This document shows, piece after piece, positions 39,716 to 47,572 of a stretch of 64,000 bases of DNA (the first letter of the stretch is position 1; the number at the start of each line of letters is the position of its first letter). This stretch comes from Candidatus Eiseniibacteriota bacterium (GTDB taxonomy: Bacteria > Eisenbacteria > RBG-16-71-46 > JABDJR01), in assembly GCA_963762255.1 (NCBI GenBank), contig CAVXKA010000003.1:96001-160000 (forward strand), read 5' to 3'. The notes beneath the pieces were generated by a model. That model was not told the DNA's origin, did no database searches, and was given only the letters and a program-made list of their open reading frames with translations. The position numbers and the translations under genes are program-made.

Positions 39716-39918
39716 GGATGCCTCCAGGAGGGCGAGGAATGCGCGCGCCGCCGGTCCTCGCGGGTGCGCGACGACCGGGGCAGATTGCTGCCGCCTGCCT
39801 TGCCTTTTGCATAGAAAGTATCGGGTCCCCCGGTCCGGACTTGACCACGGGCGCGGCCGCCCCCGTGCAAATCGGCACGAGATGGGCGTCTCCACCCATC
39901 GGCGGGGCCGAAGCCCGC

Positions 39919-40368
39919 TCAGGGGAGGCCGAGCAGGGGGCGGATCCGGGCCAGGGTGGCGGGGCCGATCCCCTTCACGCGCAGGAGGTCGGCGGCCTCT
40001 CGATAGGGTCCGTTGGCGGCGCGATCCTCGAGAATCCGCCGGGCGAGGGCGGGGCCGATGCCGGGGAGGGTCTTGAGCGCGTCCAAGTCCGCAGTGTTGA
40101 GGTCAATCGGGCCGGCGGCAGCCCTAGGCTTCTCGGGGAATCCCGCCTTCGGCTCCTCGGGGGATGTCTGCGGGAGCGGCGCGAAGGACGACTGCTCCGT
40201 CGCCTGCGCGGAATCCCCCAGTACCGGTGCCGGGCCTGCCTGAAGCCAGGCATCGATCTCCGGTGAGAGCTCCCGGCCAACCCGGGCCGCTACTCCGATG
40301 AGGCTGAGGGTAAAGAGGAGCGTCGCTAGCCGCCGCTCGGAAGCGGTGAAGAGGTCCGGAATGCGCAC
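39919..40368 (-). CDS. comEA: ComEA-family helix-hairpin-helix DNA receptor
   Basis: FTASERR plus TM segment, IDLNTADLDALKTLPGIGPALARRI, LLRVKGIGPAT. Confidence 0.88.
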   Translation of the reverse strand: MRIPDLFTASERRLATLLFTLSLIGVAARVGRELSPEIDAWLQAGPAPVLGDSAQATEQSSFAPLPQTSPEEPKAGFPEKPRAAAGPIDLNTADLDALKTLPGIGPALARRILEDRAANGPYREAADLLRVKGIGPATLARIRPLLGLP

Positions 40369-40415
40369 GGCGCATTTTCCTTCCGGACGGGGGGTGCGGG
40401 AGGCGGGATCAGAGT

Positions 40416-42926
40416 CTACTGCGTGAGGTACAGCGTCAGCCCGAGAAGAAACGTACGCCCCGGCACGGCAAGGGGGGTGACCGTGTTCGACTCGCGCAGG
40501 TCCGATTCCATGTAGGAGTCGCTCAGGTTCTGGAACGCCAGCGTGAGGGTGCCGTTGTCGATGCGGGCCACCGCCTGAGCGTAGCCGAGCGCGGTGGTGA
40601 CGTAGCGCTCGCCGCCGGGATTGCGGCGCGGGCCGAAGGCGCGCCCACCCGCCGAGGCGTCGAGATCGAGCGAGTCCTTGAACCACTTCCGCCGCCAGTG
40701 CACCGATCCCTCGCCCTGCCACGACGCGAGGTACGGTGCTTCGCTCAGCGGCCGATCGTGGGCCCGGCCCTCTCCGAGGACGAAGACTCCTCGGCCGAGA
40801 TCCACGCGCAGCGACCCGTACGCGCCGAGCACGTCGGCCGCGTCGGGGGGCGCGGTCACCGGAGCGTAAGGGCTCACCCCCGTGATCCAGAGCGGATTCG
40901 CATCGAGCCGCTGGTGGCGCACCCGCGCCGTCCAACCGCCGAACGTGAGTCCCCATCGCCCGCGCGTCCACGCCCCTTCCGCGCGGACCGCGCTGCGGGA
41001 TTCGGGGAACTCCGCGGCCTCGAACCGCTCGAGATGCTTGCGCAACCCGTACTCGAGAATCGCGCGGTCCACACCGAGGACCATCGCGGGGAGATCCTCT
41101 TCGTGGCTGGCCACGATGCGCGCGCGCCAGGCACCCTGCTCCCACGCGAGCGCGGCGGCGCCCGTGGCGGTGCCCCCCCACGGCTCCTGGTGTCCCGCCA
41201 TCGCCTCGGCGGACGCCAGCCACGCCCCCCATCCCCCGCTCCAGAGGAGGCCGGCGGTGAGACCCCTGAACGTGCGGTCGGTTTCCAGCATCTGCCGGCG
41301 CCGGTCGAGATCCCAGCGCGCGCGCGCCATGAGACCGGGCACGCCGGACGCGGCCCAATCGGCCTGGAGCGTGATGCCGTCGAAGAGGACCTCGCCGATG
41401 TCGGAGACGACCTCGCCGTTGCCGGAGGATCCACGGTACACGCTCAGCGCCTGACGGCGTGCCTGCAATGCGAAGCGCGTCTCGCCGCCCAGGAACGGTC
41501 CTCGCAGCGAGGCTTGCGCGCGGCGCACGGAACGCTTGAGCGAGGCGCCGCTGAAGTCGACGGCCTTGTCCGAACCCATCGAGAGATCGAGCGACCAGTC
41601 GGGGCGCCGCCCGGCGCGCGAGTTCACTCGGAGCCAGACGCGGTTGGCGGTGACCTTGTCCAGGTCCACGATACCCAGTTCTTCGCGGTCGCGAAAATCC
41701 ACGCCGACGTCCACCGGGCCGAGGTTGCGGAAGAGCGCGAACTCGTCGCTGCGTCGCCCGAGGCTCCCGCTGGTGAGCGAGATCTGGCTCACGGGGTCGC
41801 CCTCCGCAGGCGGCGGCGCGCTAAGGTCGATCGCCGTGCCCGAGGCCGACGCGCGCTCGCGCCACGTACCGCGCCAGGCCAGCGGAAGATCGGGCGGATC
41901 GGCGAAGGAGTGCACCGGGCCGTTGAGCGGAACGCCGTCGTAGCTCAGTCGAACGCGGTTCCAACCCAACGCCCACCGATCCAGCGCGACCGGGGACGCC
42001 GGCGTGGTCACCCGCGAGATCTCCGACTCGGCTCCCCCGAGGCCCCCAAGCGCACCGGGAAGACCCTCCACCGCAGCGTCCCCGCCGGGATACGCGGTCC
42101 AGAGCGGCCCGGGAACCAGAGCGAGCGGCCGCAGCGGCCGGGCGGGCGCACGCGGCGCGCGAAACGTGTCGGCGGGGGCCGGCTCCGCAGTGCTGTCCGC
42201 CGCCGCAACGCTGTCCGCCGCAGCGGTGTCCGCGGGCGTACCCAGGCTTTCCAGAGGCACCCACACGCTATCCGCCGCCGCGCTCGAGCTGTCCGCCGGC
42301 GATTGCGCGCAGGTCGCCTCCCGCGGCGTCACGCACACGACCCACGCGACGACCAGCGCCGTGCGCGTCCACCATCCCCGGCTTCGCGCCAGCCGCCGCA
42401 ACTGCGAGGCCAGCGCAGGGCCCGCGGTCGCGAAGACGAGCGCGTTCACTCCCATGTCGAGGAGTCCGAACGCCATCCCCGACCAGAAGACCGGCCAGCG
42501 CGCGATCCCCGCTTCCGTGAGCAGGAACGCGAAGACCAAGTTCGTGATCGCCTGGAAGACCGCGGCGAGCGTCAATCCGATCGCCGGAAGCGCGAGAAGC
42601 GCTGTGCGACGAGGCCGCCCGCCGTACAACCACCATCGTCGCCACACGCCGCCGGCCGCTCCGGCGACCGCCATGCCGAGCGCCTGCGCCGCCAGGAGCG
42701 GAATCGGCGAGGGAGGGAAGCCGCGCGCCGCGCTGTTGGCGAACACGTAGAGCGTCATGCCCACCGCACCGACGAGCGCGCCGCGGCCCGCGCCCAGGAC
42801 GATCCCCGCGGAGAAGACGACGAGGGTCACGAGCTCGACATGCGGAACCAGGGACAGGCCGAGGCCGGCCACCACGACGGCAGCGAGGAATGCGGTGAAG
42901 AGAGCGAGTTGTTCGGTTTCGGTCAT
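40416..42926 (-). CDS. Single ORF: ECF S-component-like membrane domain fused to a TonB-dependent-receptor-like plug and beta-barrel
   Basis: About 180 hydrophobic N-terminal residues (LVPHVELVTLVVFSAG..LG...GALVG); internal signal-peptide-like segment; plug-like RVRLSYDGVPLNGP..AD..DLP; amphipathic strands; C-terminal NLSD.Y...PGRTFLLGLTLYL. Confidence 0.6.
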   Translation of the reverse strand: MTETEQLALFTAFLAAVVVAGLGLSLVPHVELVTLVVFSAGIVLGAGRGALVGAVGMTLYVFANSAARGFPPSPIPLLAAQALGMAVAGAAGGVWRRWWLYGGRPRRTALLALPAIGLTLAAVFQAITNLVFAFLLTEAGIARWPVFWSGMAFGLLDMGVNALVFATAGPALASQLRRLARSRGWWTRTALVVAWVVCVTPREATCAQSPADSSSAAADSVWVPLESLGTPADTAAADSVAAADSTAEPAPADTFRAPRAPARPLRPLALVPGPLWTAYPGGDAAVEGLPGALGGLGGAESEISRVTTPASPVALDRWALGWNRVRLSYDGVPLNGPVHSFADPPDLPLAWRGTWRERASASGTAIDLSAPPPAEGDPVSQISLTSGSLGRRSDEFALFRNLGPVDVGVDFRDREELGIVDLDKVTANRVWLRVNSRAGRRPDWSLDLSMGSDKAVDFSGASLKRSVRRAQASLRGPFLGGETRFALQARRQALSVYRGSSGNGEVVSDIGEVLFDGITLQADWAASGVPGLMARARWDLDRRRQMLETDRTFRGLTAGLLWSGGWGAWLASAEAMAGHQEPWGGTATGAAALAWEQGAWRARIVASHEEDLPAMVLGVDRAILEYGLRKHLERFEAAEFPESRSAVRAEGAWTRGRWGLTFGGWTARVRHQRLDANPLWITGVSPYAPVTAPPDAADVLGAYGSLRVDLGRGVFVLGEGRAHDRPLSEAPYLASWQGEGSVHWRRKWFKDSLDLDASAGGRAFGPRRNPGGERYVTTALGYAQAVARIDNGTLTLAFQNLSDSYMESDLRESNTVTPLAVPGRTFLLGLTLYLTQ

Positions 42927-42990
42927 GCTGGTGGCGCCGGACGGGGGGGACGGCCTTTGAATCGTACGCGGCCGGCCGGAAACCCCTGAC

Positions 42991-43836
42991 TCACCGGCGA
43001 GCGCGGCGCGCGCGCAAGCGCTCGACGGTTTCCGCCGGAACCGGCTCCTGGCCGACCAGGGAGTCGCCGACGCGGGTTCCATGATAGTCGGAACCCCCGG
43101 AGGCGACCAGACCGAGGTCCCGCGCCATGCGCAGATAGGTCGCGCGCTGGTTCAGGTTGTGCTTGGGGTGCCAGACCTCCATCCCGTCCAGACCGGCCGC
43201 AGCCATCTCGGCGATCCACCCGTCATGGCGCAGCGGCCCCGGATGCGCGAGAACGGCGATGCCCCCCGCCTCGTGGATCCAGACGATCGCTTCCGCCGGT
43301 GTCGGGCCGGGCTTGGGCACGAATCCGGGCGTGCCGGGACGCAGGAATCGCCGAAACGCCTCGTCCACGCTCGGCACCACACCCATCTCCACGAGCGCGT
43401 GCGCGACATGCGGGCGCCCCACCGTCCCCTGCCCCGAGAAGCGCGCGACATCGTCTTCACGGATCTCGATACCCAGGATCCGCAGGCGGTCCACCATCGC
43501 CGAGCTGCGCGTGCGTCGGGAGTGGGCCAGGTCGGCGAGATGCCGGTTCAGCTTCTCGTTGCCGGCATCGATGAAGAGGCCGAGGATGTGCACGTCGGAG
43601 GACTCACGCCGCGCCGAGATCTCGACGCCGCACACCGCGAGGAATCCCTCGGCGGCGTCTACGAACTCCTGAAGACCGTCCAGGCAATCGTGGTCGGTGA
43701 GGGCGAAAGCAGAAAGGCCCGCTTTGCGGGCCATCGCGGCGACATCGCGGGGAGCGTGATCGCCGTCGCTGAAGAAGCTGTGGCAGTGCAGGTCGACGCG
43801 CTCGGAACTCGCGGGACTAGGCGACCCCCCGCTCAC
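42991..43836 (-). CDS. PHP-domain metallophosphoesterase (TrpH/RNase AM-like)
   Basis: DLHCHSFFSDG, ALTDHD, GVEIS, HILG, GRPH, VLAHP, GGSDYHG. Confidence 0.9.
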   Translation of the reverse strand: MSGGSPSPASSERVDLHCHSFFSDGDHAPRDVAAMARKAGLSAFALTDHDCLDGLQEFVDAAEGFLAVCGVEISARRESSDVHILGLFIDAGNEKLNRHLADLAHSRRTRSSAMVDRLRILGIEIREDDVARFSGQGTVGRPHVAHALVEMGVVPSVDEAFRRFLRPGTPGFVPKPGPTPAEAIVWIHEAGGIAVLAHPGPLRHDGWIAEMAAAGLDGMEVWHPKHNLNQRATYLRMARDLGLVASGGSDYHGTRVGDSLVGQEPVPAETVERLRARRARR

Positions 43837-45703
43837 GACGATCTTCCAGACGCTCGAGACGCTCCACGGCCTCGTCGAGATTCTCGTCCAGCTCGAGCGC
43901 GCGATAGTACGCTTCTTCCGCTTGGTCCCATGCCCCCATGCCTTCGTAGACTCGGCCCATCTGCACGTGTATCCGGGCCGTGCCGTCTCCGTCCGCGCCG
44001 TCGAGGATTTCGCTCAGAACTCGGAGCGATTCTTCGGGCCGTTCCAGAAGAAGATAGCATTCGCCGAGCATCTCGAGCGAGCGCGAACGGTCCGTCTCCG
44101 CCGCCGCCGCCTGCTCGAGCTCCGAGACCGCCTCCGGAAGAAGGCCCATTTCCTTGTAGGTCAGGCCGAGATCGAAGTGGCTCTCGCCGTCGCCCACCTC
44201 GATCTGATCGGTCATCGCCGTCTTGAACTCGTCCAGAATTCGGGAGAGATCGAAGGCGCTCTGCGTCCCGGTGGGCTCGTCCTTGACCGTGACCTGCGCG
44301 CCCCGCACCTCACCGGCGTCGGGGACCAGCTCACCGAAGTTCGCATCGTTCACCCCGGCGATGGTGTTGAGGCGGTTCACCCGGGCGCGGGCCTTGACAT
44401 TGTCCGCATCGAAGGCGAGCACGCGCTCGAACTGGACCTTGGCGTCGGCGTACATCTCGCGGGCCAGAAGCACGTCGCCGAGTTCGGTACCCCAGTGCGC
44501 CATCTTGCCGCGCTCGCCGTTGATGTAGGCCAGCTCGACCAGGCCGCGCAGCGCGTCGAGGTGGTTGGGATCGAGGTGCATGACCTTGCGGTAGAGTTCC
44601 TCGGCTTCCCGGCTCCGCCCTCCCTGGAAGTAGGCCCTGGCCGCGCGGACGAGTTCGCGCTGGGCGCGGGCGATGTCGCCCTTCTCCAGGAACTCCATGG
44701 CGCGCGTGCGCAAGCTCTCCGGGTCGTCGTCGTGTTCGAGAACGATCTCCACGTCCTCGGCGGGTGGTTCCCCGGATTCCGAGAAGGCCGCCTCCGGCGA
44801 GGCGTACTCCTCGATGAATGCGTCGGCGAACCCGTCCGTCTCGACCGTGACTTCCGGCTCCTCGGCTGGAGCCAACTCGGGGGCCGGCTCCACAACACCC
44901 TCACCCGGTTCATCCAGTTCGTTCGCCGTTGCCGGCGAAGACGACTCGAGAAGCACCGAGTGGAGGGCGTCGAACGTGAACCCTTCGAGCGAAAGAACCG
45001 CCGGCTCTTCAGAAGTCCCCTCGGCGAGGTCCACCGCGCTCGGATCGAAGAGCGCCGTGGACGGCGTCGCGGGATGCGAGGAAGGCGCTTCCCGGAACGC
45101 GCCGTTCGGGTGCAGCTCCTTGGCGAGACCCTGCAGTTTCGTATGGTTCTCGGTATCGCCGCGCGCCAGCGCGCGCTGGGCCTGACCGAGAATGCCGCCG
45201 GCAACCGCCTCGCCGAAACCCGCGTCGCGCGCGATCATCGCGATACGTTCAACCATGCTGACCGAAGGGAGTTCGATCTCGAGGAGTTGCTCGCACACAT
45301 GCTGCAACTCGTCCTGGACGCCTTCGGCCTCGCGGTCGACGCGATCCAGGTACTCGGTGTAGTACCGGCACGCCTCCCCTTCGAGGCCCTCGGCGAGGTA
45401 GAGATCTCCCAGACGGCGATGCACGAAATAGAGCTTGGGGGCCAGACGGTGGACCTTCTTGGCCAGCGCGATGGCGTTGCGGCTGAGGCCCGCTTCGGCA
45501 TACGAATTCAACGCTTCGCGATAGCGCTCGACGGCTTCGACGCGCTTCCCGCAGCGGATCAGCAGATCGCCGAGGACCACGTAATCGTAGGACTGCAAAT
45601 CGCCGGCGCCCGCCAACTTCTCATAGATGGCGGTGGCGTCGGCATATGCGCCCTTCTTGATCAGGTCCTGGGCTTTGCGCTTGATGCTGGCATTCTGATC
45701 CAA
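43817..45703 (-). CDS. TPR protein resembling Myxococcus SgmX
   Basis: N-terminal TPRs (LGDLLIRCG, NAIALAKK), acidic linker, C-terminal SHFDLGLTYKEMGLLPEA followed by TPRs. TTG start with RBS. Confidence 0.7.
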   Translation of the reverse strand: MDQNASIKRKAQDLIKKGAYADATAIYEKLAGAGDLQSYDYVVLGDLLIRCGKRVEAVERYREALNSYAEAGLSRNAIALAKKVHRLAPKLYFVHRRLGDLYLAEGLEGEACRYYTEYLDRVDREAEGVQDELQHVCEQLLEIELPSVSMVERIAMIARDAGFGEAVAGGILGQAQRALARGDTENHTKLQGLAKELHPNGAFREAPSSHPATPSTALFDPSAVDLAEGTSEEPAVLSLEGFTFDALHSVLLESSSPATANELDEPGEGVVEPAPELAPAEEPEVTVETDGFADAFIEEYASPEAAFSESGEPPAEDVEIVLEHDDDPESLRTRAMEFLEKGDIARAQRELVRAARAYFQGGRSREAEELYRKVMHLDPNHLDALRGLVELAYINGERGKMAHWGTELGDVLLAREMYADAKVQFERVLAFDADNVKARARVNRLNTIAGVNDANFGELVPDAGEVRGAQVTVKDEPTGTQSAFDLSRILDEFKTAMTDQIEVGDGESHFDLGLTYKEMGLLPEAVSELEQAAAAETDRSRSLEMLGECYLLLERPEESLRVLSEILDGADGDGTARIHVQMGRVYEGMGAWDQAEEAYYRALELDENLDEAVERLERLEDRRERGVA

Positions 45704-45889
45704 CGAGCTGCCCCCTCTCCCACTGCCGCCATCCCGAGATCGGCGGACGACAAACGGTGTTAACGGGTGGGCGCACCGGTGCGCGTCCACTCGTCCTCCA
45801 TGGTTATCGTCGCGGGGATGGGGAACGTTACCCCGAAGTGGGAAGAAATCCGTCCAGGGCCGGGGCGTGGTCGAGGGGCAGCTCCTGGC

Positions 45890-47152
45890 CTAGTCGAGGG
45901 GCGCGCCGAGGACCTGCCGCCCACCCCGGAACACCGCCCGAACATGCGACACGCCAAAGTGATACGGAAGCTGGCGAGCGGCCGGGAGATCCAGCACTTG
46001 CAGGTCGGCCCGGTACCCTGGACGCAGCCGCCCGACGCGGTCGCCCAGCGCGAGCGCCGCGGCCCCGTTGGCGCTACAGGCGACCAGCGCTTCCTCCGGG
46101 GTCAGGCGCAGTTGCACACAGGCCAGAGTCGCCATCATCGGCATGGACTGCGACATGCACGATCCGGGGTTGAAGTCGGAGGCGACCGCGACCGGGAGCC
46201 CGACGTCGATCATGCCTCGCGCCGGCGCCTTGTCGCGCATGTTGAGGAAGAAGGACGTTCCGGGCAGGAGCACGCCGATGGTCCCCGCATGAGCCATGGC
46301 GCGTGCAACGTCCGGAGGCGTGCCATGGAGATGGTCTGCGGAGACGGCGTGCAGCTCGGCCGCGAGCCGCGAGCCGCCGGTGTCGCCGAACTCGTCGGCG
46401 TGGAGTTTGAGTTGGAGGCCGTGGGCACGCGCGGCGTTCAAGATCGTGCGGCTTTCCTCCGGGGTGAAGACTCCCTCTTCACAGAAGACGTCGCAGAAGA
46501 CGGCAAGCCCCTCGCGCGCGACGGCGGGGATCATGGTCTCGCAGACGAGCTTCACGTACCCTGCGCGGTCGTGCTGCCATTCCATGGGGATTTCGTGCGC
46601 ACCGAGAAAGGTGGGGATGATATCGATGGCTTCGGTGTCGCGAAGCGTGCGGATGAGGCGGAGCGCTCGAAGTTCGTCGTCGGTGGAGAGCCCGTAGCCG
46701 CTCTTGATCTCGATCGTCGTGGTGCCGTGTTGGAGCGCGAGCGCCAGGTTGTGCCGTGCGCGCAGAAGGATGGCTCCATCCGAAGTCTCGCGGAAGTGGC
46801 GTACGCTGGCGTGGATGCCGCCGCCCGCTGCGGCGATCTCCTGATAGGTCCTGCCTTGTATGCGCAGCGCGAACTCGTCCTCGCGGGTGCCGGCGAAGAG
46901 GAGATGCGTGTGGGCATCCACCCAGCCGGGGAGCACGGTGCGGCCGCGCGCATCGAGGATCTGTTTCGCTCTGTTGCCGTGTGCGCCCTCAACCTCTTCG
47001 CGAGGACCGGCCGCAATGACCTGGCCGTTCTCGATGGCCAGCGCGGCATTCTTGACGGAGCCGGTGTCGCCCTGTGTCGCGCCCGCCTGCGGGCCGGGCT
47101 TGTCGCTCATGCGGCAGAGCTCGCCGATGTTGGTGAGGAGGAGATCTGTCAT
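45890..47152 (-). CDS. hutI: Imidazolonepropionase
   Basis: PGWVDAHTHL, IAAAGGGI, GTTTIEIKSGYGL, FLGAH, DVFCE, LHADE, SADHL, ASDFNPGS. Confidence 0.96.
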   Translation of the reverse strand: MTDLLLTNIGELCRMSDKPGPQAGATQGDTGSVKNAALAIENGQVIAAGPREEVEGAHGNRAKQILDARGRTVLPGWVDAHTHLLFAGTREDEFALRIQGRTYQEIAAAGGGIHASVRHFRETSDGAILLRARHNLALALQHGTTTIEIKSGYGLSTDDELRALRLIRTLRDTEAIDIIPTFLGAHEIPMEWQHDRAGYVKLVCETMIPAVAREGLAVFCDVFCEEGVFTPEESRTILNAARAHGLQLKLHADEFGDTGGSRLAAELHAVSADHLHGTPPDVARAMAHAGTIGVLLPGTSFFLNMRDKAPARGMIDVGLPVAVASDFNPGSCMSQSMPMMATLACVQLRLTPEEALVACSANGAAALALGDRVGRLRPGYRADLQVLDLPAARQLPYHFGVSHVRAVFRGGRQVLGAPLD

Positions 47153-47510
47153 GTCAGTGGTCCTCGCTGTTCCGTGTCACTCGTGCGGGCGCGGCGTAGC
47201 CGGATCGCCCCGCGAACGACGAAGCGTCTCTGAGCCGCGGCGGGAGCGACGCGGCGCCGTCGTACTGTTTCTGGGCGGCTCGACAACTAGGCGGTAGGTC
47301 GGTGTCGTTTACCCGGGGAAAGTGCGCAGCGAAGCGGGGACCCGCCGCGGCGAAGGAGCGAGCGAAGAACGCTCCTGCGGAGCGTTCGCGCGAGCGCGCC
47401 CGAGGAGTGCGCGGGGCGAGACGACGAGAGCCGCGCCCGCGAGCGCCACGATCCGCGAGCGCATAGAAGTACAGGCAGGCAAACCAGTGCGTGTTAACCG
47501 CAAACAGCAG

Positions 47511-47532
47511 CGAGTCCAGCCGGCTGGACTCG
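47511..47532. repeat. Perfect 22-bp palindrome CGAGTCCAGCCGGCTGGACTCG
   Basis: Self-reverse-complementary; intergenic, next to palindrome copy 1. Confidence 0.85.
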
Positions 47533-47543
47533 AATGGCGACTG

Positions 47544-47563
47544 ATGCTCACCCGGGTGAGCAT
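47544..47563. repeat. 20-bp palindrome, copy 1 (perfect)
   Basis: ATGCTCACCCGGGTGAGCAT, 9 bp past the stop codon of the 47573 gene. Confidence 0.95.
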
Positions 47564-47572
47564 GGCTGCGCA

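Noticed and set aside
47306-47325. TTTACCCGGGGAAA as a sixth palindrome copy (also the CCCGGG contexts near 10810 and 13980)
   Set aside because: Only the CCCGGG core matches; too degenerate to be meaningful in GC-rich DNA.
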